A stretch of DNA of 63,627 nucleotides, filler included, from Choristocarpus tenellus KU-1152 (GCA_964200185.2; 13 parts of 13 records of this genome joined end to end with filler, not necessarily neighbours in it); one strand, 5' to 3'. Numbered from the whole stretch's first letter, positions 26,601 to 39,647 are shown. Translations and numbers: made by a program. The notes: generated by a model from the letters alone, not told the origin.

Positions 26601-29600
26601 TTATAAACACCCCCCAAAAGCAATCTGAGCTTGCTGCAACGGGGGATCATATCGCCATCGGTGGTATGTGTAACAAAGAACTATCAGTGTCCTTGGACAA
26701 GTTCAAGTACGAGTGTGGGTTTCAGAAAGGACTGGGTTGTGAGGGAAGCGGTGAGGACTGGCTCAATGGAGGCGTTTGCCAGCCTTAACATCAAGGGCGG
26801 TGGTACAGTTGTGAATCACTCTCCTCACACGTGACGGGAAGATTGTAATAAACCACTCGTTGAAGACTTGACAGTCAGGGACAAACATGATTTATGTGAC
26901 CCTGTGGTAACAGTACACCTCTAGACTCAAACACAATCCTTGGGCTTGATGCCCTTGATGTCTCTCGCTGTTTTCCTGTGTCTTCTAGGATTAAGGCCCG
27001 TTCCTCACGACACAAAACTTTGTGCCACATTTTTTTCTTTCATTCCTATGTAACTGTCAAAATGTGGAAGGGAAGCGGCTCTGTTTTGTGACAATCACAT
27101 CGTTTGAAGCACTTTGTCGTCATGGTCATCATGGTCACATGTCACACCTTTTTCACCACCAATGAGAATATGCCAAAAATGAAAAAAAAAGAAGGGGAAG
27201 ACAAAATACTTGCTTTGCGGGTATTGCAGCCTATGCGTGCTCCTTGAAGAAATGTATTTATCCAAAAGAAAAACCCTCTGATAGGAAACGTGTGAAGAAT
27301 ATGAAAAAAAAAACTCTCGGGAGATTGGAATAACGACGATCATTTTGTGCCTCTTTTGCATCCCGAAAGTCTTTCCGCAATACTAGGAACAACAGTAATT
27401 GTCTGGAATGGCATACATTGCTTACCTGTCGTTAGGAACAGTCGTGATCATCTTCTTCTCGGTGAAGTAGCATAGCCTTTTGGTGGTGTGCGACTAGTAC
27501 ATTCTGTGTGACAAGAACTCATAGATATTCTTGCCTCTTCAGAGCAGTCATCACAACATAGATCCAGGGAAAAATTGTATCGCAAGTGTTGTGGATTTTT
27601 TTTGTATACCCTCTATCATGGGACCTTCTCATCATCAATGCTGCCGGCTGTCCCACGCAGCGATGTGCTAGCCATGCCATGCCATGGCTCGGAAGATCCT
27701 TGTAGTTCACCTTTCCTAACATCAAAGCTCTTCGAGGCCCTCCATTTCTGTCCTGGGCGACTTCTTGGCAATTTCTTTTTTTGCTTTTTTTGCTTTTGAC
27801 CTTTTGATAAAATGATCCGATGAGTTTGTCTGGAGTCATTGGCAGAGAAGATCTCCTGCTCTTTTCCACAAAGCCCATCGCCGTGAATGCATCTTCACCA
27901 ACAAGGAGGTGTTCCGCATTGTTTTGTTGTTGTTGTGGCAGTACCATAGCCGATGATCCTGGACACGGAAACAAATTGGACCCGAAGCGTTTAGGAGGGT
28001 AGGGCCGCTTACGTTTGGGGTCATAGATCCAATATTTCGATTTTGATTAATTTTGGTGATCGTGTTTTTTAGCAAGTGTCGATACCCTTGCCCCGGACAC
28101 ACCCTTTCATAGTCGTATGCATTTTAGGTAAACTGCGCTTACACAGAAAACCGTAAAAAGGGCATAAAAAAACCCCGCGGGAAGCCAAAGCCCCCAATAG
28201 ACAAAGAGGGCAAAACTCCTACCCTCTTAAATGCTTTGGCTCTTGTACAGGCAGTGGTATGGTTACATGTACCGGGAGGGAGGTTACTTCTTGGCAACAT
28301 GGTTTCCTGTTTGCTTTCCCATTGATGCTTTCAAGGTGGAACCTGCCTCTCAAGGTCTTTCTTGCTGCTTTTGTCGGTTTTCCGTGCTTTGCCTTTCTAG
28401 GCCAAACTAAACTGTCCCTGTTTGTCGGCTCCACCTGACGTAGCCATTGCTTCGCTTGTCCCCTGTGTTGTGTGGAGTGCTGGATCGGACAATGCTGTCA
28501 CCTGTGTTGATAGCGGTAGCAGTAGGTCTCAGAGTTGAATCCCTGCAGGAGAACTGCATCATTTTTGTCGAGAAAAGGGCACTTTGAATCACTCTGAATC
28601 GGAGAAGTTGATAGACACAATGAAGGGCTTGTCGCCAGCAATGGTCGAGTCGCTCTTCCCCTCCTTGGGATTGTGGAATCCAGAGCACGACCTCGTCTTG
28701 TCATCTAGTTTCAGATTCATGGATTTTGTTTATTCGATGGACGTGGGAGTGACAGGATTGAATGCGCAGTATCATCGGTAAAACTGTTTGTGAATCTCTC
28801 TGTTGGAACTGCAGTAAAGGTCAAAAAGGTCAAGGTAGTACATACACAGACAGAGCAGTTTTTTTGCTTCAAACGGAGGTTTTTGGATTTGTTATGGGGA
28901 TTGGGCGGGTTTGATAGATCTTTAGCAGAACCAACGACATTCTTAATGAGCAGGGGTGGTTATAGAATCCCTGATTCAAAGTCTCTCAGAGGGTAGAGCC
29001 ACGTCCGTTTGGGAGCCAAAATTCAATGTTGCGATTTTGGTGTTATTTTGGCTATTGTGTTTGTTAGGAAGTGCCAATATCCATGTTCTGGACGCACCTT
29101 TTCATAACATATACTTTTACTTACTCTGAAACATTTCGGAGGAGGAAAATGTCATAAAAGAGAGTCAAAGTATCTTAGAGGGTAGAGTCGCGTCNNNNNN
29201 NNNNTTGCGATTTTGATGTAATATTGGCTATGATATTTGTTAGGAAGTGTCAATATCCTTGTTCCAGACACACGTTTTCATAGCATACATATTTTACCCC
29301 ATCTGAACCATCTCGGAGTAGGAACATGTCATAATAACCCATGTGAACTCAAGCCTCAAACAGACAAACCGGGCAAAACTCGTACCCTCTAAGATACTTT
29401 CACTCAGAACCCATGGGAAGCCAAGCCCCAAATGGACAAACAGTGCAAAACTCGTACCCTCTTAAGATACTTTCAGTCCCTTTTTGTTCCTACAAAAACA
29501 ATGCAGGGAACCATTGTGATCTTATTTGGGAAGCCCGACAGGTTAGGTCTTTTGATCTTGGCTGGTGATGTCCTTGTTTTTTTGAGTGTTACATGAAAAG

Positions 29601-30661
29601 CTTGCCTCAAGAAGGTTCGCTAAATATTATTAGAGGCACAATTCCGACTTTATTGAGCAGTAAGAGTGAATATCAGATGTGGACACTGGGCGATTTTTTC
29701 CTGGAGAGCATCATGAGGATGGTGTCCTTTATCCAAGGAGCATGCCACATCAGACTTTTCTCATTTGTTCTTTTATAGGCAGCAGTCTTAGGTGGAATTG
29801 CTGATGTGTCCACATGTGTGCGGATAGTATATAGGAATACAAGAAGAGGTGTTTGACACAGTGCTGGTGAAGGGCTACATATCAATATATTAGATAATGA
29901 TGATAACACTACAATTCAAATTTTAGGAGCAAAACCACTGTGCAAGGTTATGCGTTCAAAAGGAGTGCATGAGTTTTGATGCATTGGGCACTACATACTA
30001 TTATCTATGAGTGGGGGGGCAAGGTTGTCTCCGCTTCTGGATTACTTGTTTTGGGGGGTTTCATGCTATGGTAGGAATTCACTGGGTTGACGAGGCAGAA
30101 ATTTTGACCTCTAGCATACGCAAGTTTTCAGCTGGGCAAGTCCTATATCTTGTTATGAACTAAATTAAAACTCCAAATTGCCCTTTGAGTTTCATGGCTA
30201 TGGCCATTTTTTGTCCACCCAAACCACAGAAATCAAATCCCCTCCTGCCACATGACTACGCATTTCACTCAATGCATTCACATTATATCCTTATCTTTAT
30301 TTTTGTTCCACTGTTACAATACCTTTCATTCTTCCTCCCTCACAATGGCATATTCAAGCATGCTAGTTGAGTAGTGAGATGAGTGCAATCTGTCTCTGTG
30401 CAAAAAAATTATGCTGAGGCAAGATAACAGACATTCGTTGGAGGGGAAATCCACCTGAGATTTTTTTGTCCCACATGTTAGAACTGGCTCTTTTAAAGGC
30501 AGCTGAACGGTTCTTGCATCACCAGTAGCTCACGATTGCCTACATCTGTACCATCCTCCCTCCCCCGGAAGGGTTGTTATATAACTGTGGCAAAGTCGGC
30601 AGTGGCGTCCATGGTGGGTATGGCAGGCATTGTGGTGGAGGAAACGTCTAATACTTTGAAG
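23657..30661 (+). CDS. POP4: RNase P/MRP subunit p29 (POP4/RPP29), spliced, 3'-partial. Exons about 23657-23894 (boundary uncertain), 24219-24601, 25279-25446, 30572-30661
   Basis: FRDFIGLHEAWKDYA...RLLKADLQ joined in phase to GCYITVAKSAVASMVGMAGIVVEETSNTLK across a 5.1-kb intron, matching the Rpp29 signature. Confidence 0.85.
27330..28960 (-). pseudogene. Probable highly decayed RTE-like LINE inside the POP4 intron
   Basis: Minus strand GRATRPLLATSPSL resembles the RT motif GVRQGCLLAP; C-terminal CxxCGKTF zinc-finger remnant near 27380. Confidence 0.35.
27979..28242 (+). mobile_element. Divergent MITE family A subfamily copy
   Basis: GACCCGAAGCGTTTAGGAGGGTAG...CTACCCTCTTAAATGCTTTGGCTC; TSD TTG/TTG. 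Confidence 0.85.
28973..29478 (+). mobile_element. MITE family A copy carrying a nested family A copy
   Basis: Outer TSD CCT/CCT. Confidence 0.9.
29162..29405 (+). mobile_element. Nested MITE family A copy
   Basis: TSD AGA/AGA; contains a 10-N gap. Confidence 0.9.
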
Positions 30662-31022
30662 GTGGGTTTTCTGGTGAGAAGGGTGCGCAGCACGTGCTCT
30701 TCGTATTTGTTGAGCTCGGCCCCAATCCATGCACATGTGAAGTGCTTGTCTTGTTTGCTTTGTTGTTATGGTTGTGTTGGCTTGTGTGTTTGGAGGTTGA
30801 GAAGGTATCCCGGATACATGGAGGAGCTGCATATGAGACAATCGGACGTTATTGCTCTTTGGTTGCTTGTAGGTATTGTAGTGGAGAATTCAATCGCAAG
30901 GTACTACCTGAAGGGTCAAGCGTAAAGTAGTAGTACGTGGTAAGCAAAGTACAGTGAGTAAAATCTCCCCCCTTTTTTTGTATCAAATGTTGAGGTACGA
31001 GATTAACTGCCTGGGTGGTACA

Positions 31023-31206
31023 GACTCAAAGTATCTGAGGGGGGGGGGGGAAAGTCTACACCAGGGTGTCCATTTGGACCAAAATAAGGAAAAGTGTATT
31101 TACACTATCCATCCGACACATGCAACCAAATCATCCAAAAGTCGCGACATGAAAAAATTGATCCCAAATGGACAGCTGCCACCCCCCCCCCCAAAGACTT
31201 TGAGCC
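31023..31206 (+). mobile_element. MITE family B copy
   Basis: TIRs; TSD ACA/ACA. Confidence 0.93.
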
Positions 31207-31481
31207 ACAATGCGNNNNNNNNNNNNNNNNNNNNNNNNNNNNNNNNNNNNNNNNNNNNTTAATTAATTAANNNNNNNNNNNNNNNNNNNNNNNNNNNNNN
31301 NNNNNNNNNNNNNNAAAAAATCGTGGGGTATCTCGAGTTTTTTTTTTTTGCGCCTAAGTGCGGCATTCGCACGCCTGCACCTCACGTGCGCTGTTTATGT
31401 ACAAACTGAAATCTTGACTGCAGTGGCGGATGCAATAGTGAGTTTAAAGTCCCTCTTCTTACTCCCTCCTCAAATGACAAG

Positions 31482-32162
31482 GTCCGGGCAGCGATGAGGG
31501 CAGATGTGTCTGCTCGGTCAGACGTGGAGTACGTTGGCTCTATGCTTTCCAACCCTTCTGATGATCAGATGGAGCAGGGTATCGTAGCGGGTCGAGTGGG
31601 TGGAATTGTTGTCCAGCCAGCCTCTGCTCCCCCTTTCACGGTCGTCCCCCATGGCCCCCGCACTGAAGAAGTGATGATCAATGAGGGCGAGAACGGGATA
31701 AATGGGGCAGAGGGTTTGCGAAGGGCGGAGGCGGTGTTTGGTACTGGGGAAAGCGGCAGGATTGAGATGAGGACAGCAGACAACCGTGGCCCTGTTGCAG
31801 TTGCTGTTGGTAATAATCAACAATTTTTGGTTGGAGGTGGCTGGGGCAATGGGGAAGGTAACGGAGGTGGTGTATATGCAGGTGACAGGGACGGCAGCCG
31901 CATCTATGGTCTGGGCAATGACAACATTGGCAGCGGTAATATCAACACTGAGAGGGGGAGGGGAGGGAGCACGAGTGATGGGGAGGTGTTGCATGGAAAT
32001 CTCTCGAGAGTAGTGAACCCCTTTGGTGGTGGAGTTACCGATGGGGGGGCGAGGGCGGCGCGGGGGGAGGGTGATGGCAGCGGTAGTCGCTGGCATGGGA
32101 TGAATTCATGGGAGGGAAGGAATGAAACTGAGGAGAATTCGGGCGAAAAGATTTCGATTTGA
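31482..32162 (+). CDS. Probable terminal exon of an unknown protein (Gly-rich, low complexity)
   Basis: About 680-bp open frame after an AG acceptor at 31481, ending in TGA. Confidence 0.55.
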   Translation, partial: VRAAMRADVSARSDVEYVGSMLSNPSDDQMEQGIVAGRVGGIVVQPASAPPFTVVPHGPRTEEVMINEGENGINGAEGLRRAEAVFGTGESGRIEMRTADNRGPVAVAVGNNQQFLVGGGWGNGEGNGGGVYAGDRDGSRIYGLGNDNIGSGNINTERGRGGSTSDGEVLHGNLSRVVNPFGGGVTDGGARAARGEGDGSGSRWHGMNSWEGRNETEENSGEKISI

Positions 32163-34551
32163 AGGCTAGAGTTCTCGTGCCGTTGGCTCCTGTGTGGGGG
32201 GACTTGATGGTGGTATCAGCATGTGATGTGTGCGGATTTGGCTGTTTTTGTGAGGGGTACCCTGTTCTTGACTGCTCTTACCACAAGCAATACTTCCAGC
32301 ATTTAGGGAGTGGTATCATTATATTTTAGATGTCTATTCATTTATTTCTTGTTTTTGCCAGTATGTTTAAGTAGTGGTCCGGTGGGAGGTATACCCTTTT
32401 GTGTTTTTATGTAAATCTTGTCTTTTCGTGCGCTGAACTCCCCCATACCCCCTCTTCCTCCTCTCTCTAGTTGTACCCTTAGGAAAGTAACTTCAAGCAT
32501 CATTTTCCAAAATTTATGAAAGGGAGAGGGTGGTACTGCTGAGGCTTGTTCTATTTCATTGCACAAACTGTCAGAAAGCTAATACCTTAAGGAGGGAAAG
32601 TACGGAAGGGGAGATTATTGGATGTGCGTGTGGATTTTTATGTGACAGTTCGAGGCACAGCTGGATGGTTGTTGAAGGTGTGGTTTGGATCTCTTGGGGA
32701 ACTTTTTCTGATGTCCCCAACAGTGATGATCCGGATGAAGTGTCCTCTCCCATAAGTTTGATTCTAGTGACTGGCAGTGTGAGCTACTGGTTAGGGTTAG
32801 TCATAGCAGGGGCAGGTGACGGAAGGGTGGGCAGGGTGAACAAGGACAGTGTGGTTGGTTGATCCACCTGTTTTCACCCTTTTATGTTTTGAGGGAGTGG
32901 ATAGTATTGTGAGGAGGGATATGAACACACCAAATGTTGCAGCTGTTAGGGGGTTTTTTCTTGTGCTGTGTGTAATTTTTGTTGGTTGCAGGCAGAAGGA
33001 GGGGGGAATAGGTTAGAAAAGACCACGGGATGAGGCCAAGTCCCTGGACAATCATACGATATTTTCTCTGCCAGGAAGGCAGGAGGACTTCCCTTTCCTC
33101 CTAGAATATAGTACAATCTAATAGATGCTCGAAAGCATCTCAACTTGCATTGGAAAGGAAAGGAAGCCGCTCTCCTGGGGGCAAGGATGGGGGTGCTGTA
33201 GTGGGAGGTGTACTGAGCGCAACAGATGTCGTTGCTGGGCATAAGCCTGTGCATCCTTGAGAAGGAACAGTTGACTTCTTAAGCACTCACTTGAAAAATA
33301 CTTCACTTTCCTTTCCTTGATCGAGGAACCAGAGCCTTGTTGCTGGAAAGAACATTGAGAGGTACCCTACCTTTGATTTGTGCTCCACTACTCTGTTGTA
33401 CAAGTTTCGTGGTTTAATATAATGTGTCTTTTTTCTTTATCAACAATTGTGCCTGTTAACTGAAAGTCAGCAAATAGTAATAGCTGTCATGCCTTTCTGT
33501 CAGCCACTTACCTTTGTCACGAAAAGAAAGGTCAGGTTTTTGTTTTGTGGTCACATGACTCCAGAGCAAGAAAAACATGCCAACAATTTCATCGCCAGTG
33601 TCAGTGCATGCATGTCCTCCAACCATAATTGGTAAGAAAAATCTTCCAAAAATAAAACGTACAACTTGCAGTGCAAGGTATTGTGTAATAACGTCATCCC
33701 TACTATTGTAAATATCAATGAAAGGCAGAGGTAAATGAATATACTGGGCAAAAAGGGATCAACACCAGACAACAACAGCAGTTGACGAAGGTCATACATA
33801 TGCTGGTGACATGTGATGAACCCATCTCATGTGCGGGAAATATATTTTTGTTTAATGAGAGATGGAAAGTAACGCCTTTGTATTTCACTGACACAAGTAA
33901 GTGTAGTCCATGCATGATTGTAGTTGGCCCATACCATGATGCACTTCCTTACCATACATTATATATTTTTCTGCCTGGTAGACAAAAGGTGTAAAATATT
34001 TTCGGTGAGGTGTAACAATCTTGGACTCTAGTTTGCTATATATGTAGTAGGTACTTCAAGACATCATTTTAGTGTCAAATGACAAATTGTAAAAAGATCA
34101 AAAGTTTGTTTTTAAATACGTTTTTGGAACGGTGACAATTTGTGCACTACTACTTGGTGACAAATATGGTTCCCAAGTAATGTAGGGATGAAATCATATT
34201 GTAGATATAGGTATCAATACATTGTACGAAGTCGAGTTTGTCTATCAGATTTTATCAACTACAATATGAAACGCCTCTTCATTTTGATCCGTGCTAGGGT
34301 TATGCTTGACAGGCTGGTGGTGACAGTGACGTGTCCGACAACAAGGCTTACTCTTCATGAGGAACCAGTTGGTGTCCACCCCCCACCACTCTGATTCGTC
34401 CTGTGAGAGAATAACATTTTAGCAAGTGTACATATCATCACGGGTGGTAGCGCATCCTGTAGTGAGTGTACACATTTACCACAGTGGTTTATTCTGTAGT
34501 GAGTGTAGAATTCGTTGTCATTGTTCTGAAGGATGCTATATCTCTATAATA

Positions 34552-36030
34552 GTGGTATCAGTAGCTTCGCCCTCTGGGGTTGTCCCGTCATAACCTTTGA
34601 TGTAGACATCGGATTAAAAAAATAAAAGCATATCCGTGATGCCCGTCACAATTCTTTCCAGAGTACTGGCTTTTTTCTTTTCGTCATTATTTTCTTTTTG
34701 GAAGAAAGAGCGCTCATATTGGGGTTCGAACCCTGGATTGTAGGTCATCAAGAGTGGCAACAGATATACTATTACTTCATTAAACTATAGGGTTCAGACA
34801 GGAAAAAAGCCTCCCTACCCTTTCTTCCTGTGTGTTCGCGCACCCACTCTTTGACCTCGTCAAGGATATCCTCGTCGAGGCCCAGAACGAAACGCCTCTC
34901 GTCGCGCCCTTGCTCCGAATCCTTGATATGGCCCTTAGTTAGGAAGTCTCCCTCCCATTTACTTACAGTTTCCGACCTGACCATCGCCTCTCCTGCTGCC
35001 ATCTCAAGCGCTGTTTGACAGTCTTTCCCATCGTTCATACACAGGTGCAGGATTCGCAGTGTTAGAGCCTTTACTGTCACATTTCCTCGTTGAGCGCCGG
35101 AAATGGGTTACCTTCTTTCAGGATTCTGAGCCCTTGTAGCACAACCCTAACACCTTCTTTCTCGTTTCCTAAGCCACTCTGGCTCACATAGCTTCCAAAC
35201 AGCTAGGGCCTGCTGCAACTGTGGACTACTAAGATATTCTACACCCGGGTTTTCGCTTAGGCGTTTCCTGAGCACAATGGCACATAGTCGCACTGCTCTC
35301 CTCCCCAACCTTCCCTTCAGCCGGCCACTCTGGTTCTCTCTTCGCCTGCCGTGACCAGGCTTCCCCACAGACTTCATCACTATACCACACCTGGTGATGG
35401 ACTCACTGTTCTCTTCCTGCTTTCCCGAGGCGGCAGAGACTGTAGAGCAGTGCTCCGACGTGGTAATGCTTTCAATGCGTCCTCTCTCAGCGCCAGTATC
35501 GCAACCACGTGGTCCATTTCGCGATTCGATCATGCTGCTGCACCACACTACTACTCGCACTTTCTCGTCACCTAACATCGCACTGAGTTTCACACGGTAC
35601 TTGCATTTCCGGCCCCTCTCAACAGAGAAGGTACCGAGGGTAGATCCAGAGGGCAGAGTGGCCTCGGTGGCTCTCCTTCCTTGTCTCACCGTCATGTTTC
35701 ATGTTGCGTAAGTCACGTGTGTGTGTGCTCACAAAAAGTCTGCAAAAAAAGGCGTTAAAAAGAGGAAAATCTTGGGGGGGGTTTCTGCTTTTTTTTCGGT
35801 GAGGGCCGCACCAGCAAAACTTGGTCAGCGGCGTATCCCAGATCAGTTTTCTCCAAGGAGTTCAGCCAACCACTTTATTTTTACAAGTTTTGAAGTTGTG
35901 ACATTCAAAATTGTGTCGGAGATGTTCTCCCGCGTTTTTCCTATTATTTTATCGGGACATAGTTCCCGTTCACCGAAGTTCCTACATTCCTGGATACAAG
36001 CCTTCAAAAGGTCTTGTCATTAAGCTTTCG
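34552..36030 (-). mobile_element. TIR DNA transposon copy 2, with an N-terminal transposase-like fragment at 34772-35080
   Basis: TA then GTGGTATCAGTAGCTTCGCCCTCTG; VRSETVSKWEGDFLTKGHIKDSEQGRDERRFVLGLDEDILDEVKEWVRE resembles N-termini of IS630-related transposases; homologous to 11292-12853. Confidence 0.78.
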
Positions 36031-36056
36031 TTTCATATATATATATATATTATTAT

Positions 36057-36107
36057 GGCTCAAAGTATCTGGGAGGGGGTGGCGGCTGTCCATTTGAGGT
36101 CAATTTT
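36057..36107 (-). mobile_element. MITE family B short end at a contig break
   Basis: GGCTCAAAGTATCTGGGAGGGGGTGGCGGCTGTCCATTTG. Confidence 0.8.
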
Positions 36108-36207
36108 NNNNNNNNNNNNNNNNNNNNNNNNNNNNNNNNNNNNNNNNNNNNTTAATTAATTAANNNNNNNNNNNNNNNNNNNNNNNNNNNNNNNNNNNNN
36201 NNNNNNN

Positions 36208-36265
36208 ACATGAAAAAATTGACCCCAAATGGACAGCCGCTACCCCCTCCCAGATACTTTAAGCC
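36208..36265 (+). mobile_element. MITE family B short end at a contig start
   Basis: CCCCAAATGGACAGCCGCTACCCCCTCCCAGATACTTTAAGCC. Confidence 0.8.
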
Positions 36266-36269
36266 TTAT

Positions 36270-36915
36270 CAGATCAGGGTTGTGCTAAAAAATCTCCAGC
36301 GCTACTCTCACTGGCATCAACATGGACGATGAGAACTCCTTTGGACGTCAGCGAATAAGAGAACCGGGGCTGCAGGGCGTAGTTGCTTAACTTTAAAAGA
36401 TGCCTCATCCTGGTCCAATCCCTATTCTGTAGCAACGTTGTTACTGACACCTTTCTTAGTAAGATAAACTAATGGTTCGATTACTATGACTAGGTTGGGT
36501 ATACATTTACGCACAAAATTAACCATACCTAGGACAGATCGAAGTTATTTGATGGTGGCGGGTTTTGGTATTTCAATGATAGCACGAACCCGATCTTCAT
36601 ACGATCCTTTCAGACGACAAGATATGACCCAGATGACGTACTTTGGTCCAAATTGTATCTTTGACGGTTTCAAGGTGAACCTGCTGCTTGGAAGAATATT
36701 TGGATTGCTGGTTTAGTAAGTGTAAATGGGGTTCCCATGTGGGGAATCAAGCAATCAAACAATCCATGTAAACCAGCAAATCACTAAGTGGGTCAAAATT
36801 GGTCAAGACTAACGACAGGATTCTTTGAAAATGCCAGGGAGCATTTGATACCCCAAACGGCATCCTCTTAAGATAACATCTACCTCTGGAAGTGGCAAAA
36901 GCAAGACATAGGTCT
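36270..36915 (-). pseudogene. Ty3/Gypsy reverse transcriptase remnant
   Basis: AFATSRGRCYLKRMPFGVSNAPWHFQR...LLVYMD; LKPSKIQFG; LRSVLGMVNFVRKCIPN. Confidence 0.85.
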
Positions 36916-37478
36916 GGGGCGTTAAGTTGTAGCTCCTCGGGATGACCTCCGATTACAAAATGGACTTTTGCGTTGGATCCCTTGGAATATTTCACATTCA
37001 AAAACTAAATTTAAAATAATTCTACAAATATTATGTTCTGAAATGGTTCTGAAATAATGGAATATAGAATGGGGCATATTCTTACAATTTTAAATGTTCC
37101 TACGGTAGAGTGGAGGTGCACAGCACTGTCACAACCCCCATGGCAAGCCCCCAGAGTATGTCGTCCCCGGCACGAAGCCCACCATCTCACGGAAAGAACT
37201 GCGAGGTGACCAAGAAAGGTCGGACCGCTCTTGCTCTGCGTTACGCATTGGATCTTCCTCCGGGTATGCGAAAGGCTCCCGAGGGGTGTCGGGTCGAAAT
37301 TGGCGAAAGAGTTTGGACTGGGAAAGAATTATCCTAGACGGGTGTGGGTGCGCATCAAAGAACAGTTAGACAGAGGGAATACCGTCTCCCTAAAATTAAA
37401 AAGCATGATCTGGACTACCGTCGGACTTTACACCAACGAAACAAGCGAAGATCCGGGAAATCAGAGCCAGTAATCACA

Positions 37479-37976
37479 GTTAGAACACTAGTAAACCCCT
37501 GTGCCTACCGAGGATTAGTCAGCCGAGGATGTAGTCAGCCTGACTGTCTGCTCTGTAGGACAGGGGTGTACTAATGTTAAAAGACCCTACTGTCATGGTT
37601 AGACCCAAAGTATCTGGGAGGGGGAGGGGGGTCTACACTAGGGTGTCCATTTGGACCAAAATCAGGAAGAGTGCATTTANNNNNNNNNNCCCAAAAATCG
37701 CGACATGAAAAAATTGACCCCAAATGGACAGACGCTACCCCCTCCCAGATATTTTGAGCCGTTACTCGTCTGTCAACAGGCTAAACGCGCTGCCAGGGTT
37801 AACAACCTCACATTAGTAACTGCCCTGCCGGAGTTGGTCACTGATTAGAGGGATAGCAACCCTCGGGCGAAACCTCACCAAGACCAACAGCTTGCGATCC
37901 CCAGGATTAGCTTTTGTTAGGACACTAGTAAACCCAAACTACCTCGGTAGACTCCGGGGTTGACTAGTGTTCTAAC
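37479..37976. mobile_element. About 340-bp TIR element (498 bp with its nested MITE) with a probable 7-bp TSD
   Basis: GTTAGAACACTAGTAAACCCC...GGGGTTGACTAGTGTTCTAAC; flanks AATCACA/AATCGCA. Confidence 0.8.
37602..37760 (+). mobile_element. Nested MITE family B copy
   Basis: TIRs; flanks GTTA/GTTA. Confidence 0.92.
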
Positions 37977-38795
37977 AATCGCACGCCGACTAACCACCAA
38001 CTTTCCACCAAGCTTGCCAAAGTGGACCTCGCAATCGGTAGCCCAAAGTCATGGAGGCAACAGGTGTTCAGCGGCGTGTCACCCCTAGCCGTTCGTTTTC
38101 TCAAAAGAAGAACAGGGTGGACTTCATCCTCAACCAGATCTCCTACAACCGCAAAACCTACAGAACTAACCTCAACACCATTCACATTGATAAGGCATAG
38201 TTCTACCTCATCCCTGAACGAGAGATGGTATGTATGTTCCCGGAGGAGGAAAGGGTAGGCTAGATGGAGGTGCAGCACAAGAATTACATTCCCAAAGTGA
38301 TGTTCATCTCTGCTGTTCGTGACCGGATCCTTCCCATGATTTCAATGGCAAGAACAGGATCTGGCAGGTTTGCATCTTGAAGGAGGCGCAACAGACTACA
38401 GCGTTGCACACAAAGGGCGAGGAGTATGAGGTCAATGTCACTGTCAACGCCGAGTGGTACACAGAGCAACCTTTGCCAGCGATTAAGGAAAAAATGCCGT
38501 GGCTGGAAATTGGGGGGGGCACCATACAGCAGGACAGTGCGACCCTGTATACGGACAAGGGCACAATGCAGAAGCTCAACGCAGCAGGGATGGAGGAGGG
38601 ATGGAACATTAAGCTTGTGATGCAGCCAGCACAGTCGCTAGATCTCAACATCAATTATTTATTTTTTGCATTTCTGAAGGGCAGGGTTTTGGCAGAGCAT
38701 TATGGCACTGTTGGCGAACTTGTAGGGGAGGTTTCAACCATGTTCCACGAGTATGACGCAGACGCGCTCGAGAGGGTGTGGCAGAGTCTGTTCAA

Positions 38796-39053
38796 GAGTC
38801 AAAGTATCTTAGGGGGCAGAACCGCGTTCGTTTGGTAGCCAAAATCCAATGTTGCGGTTTTGATGTAATTTTGGCTATTGTGCTTGTTAGGAAGTGTCAA
38901 CATCCTTGTTCCTGACACACCTTCTCATAACATACACATTTCACCTACTCCAAAACATTTCAGGGTAGGAAAATATCAAAACGAAACTGTGGGAAGCCAA
39001 GCCCCAAATGGACAAACAAGGCAAAACTCGTACCCTCTAAGTTAATTTCACTC
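38796..39053 (+). mobile_element. MITE family A copy inserted in the transposase ORF
   Basis: TIRs; flanks CAA/AAA; removal restores LFK-RYNQ. Confidence 0.93.
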
Positions 39054-39647
39054 AAAGAGATATAATCAGGTGATAAGGGCGCTGGGGGGGGGCGTTTTTG
39101 ATGTAGAGCACACTAGGGCCTAAAAAAGGCAACGGGAGGGCAGGTGTGCAAGATCAAATTCGTCGACCATAGTGGTGAAGGTCACCTGGGGGTCTGACCC
39201 CGAGTAATTCTGACAGTTTACACCAATTTCTGCAGCTTAACAACTTTCTCATCTGGTTGGATTAGGAGGTGTTCCCCCGAGAGTGAAACTGCATTGCGGG
39301 AAACACCAGAATCCAGTAGTTCTTCTGGGTAGGATGTCTCATGCATTCTTGACGTTTTGACGACTTCTTCACTCACCCCTGTTCTTTCAGGAAGTTGATG
39401 TCATCCACAACAAGAGAATCCTCTCAATCCTTCAAAGTTTGGTTAACGTTGACGTTGAGTCACTACCGATGTCTTTTGGCAATTGGAGGATTTGTTTCTG
39501 TATTCCCCTGAGGCTAAGAGTGCAGTCTACGTACCCAGTCACTCCAGTCCAAACTGCGCCTCCCCTAGTTAGAGTATTTTATGGTGCGTATGTGTGTTGT
39601 AAAGCTTCTTGTATAAAGTCTCATCTCTGAGAACTGCTGGTGAGCAT

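Larger units (their letters stand above)
36930..39130 (+). mobile_element. Decayed Tc1/mariner-type transposon interrupted by three insertions
   Basis: IHIDK..FYL; HKNYIPKVMF; LPAIKEKMPW; IQQDSA; QPAQSLDLNI; ALERVWQSLFK [MITE] RYNQVIRALGG; left-end remnant at 36930-36985. Confidence 0.85.
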
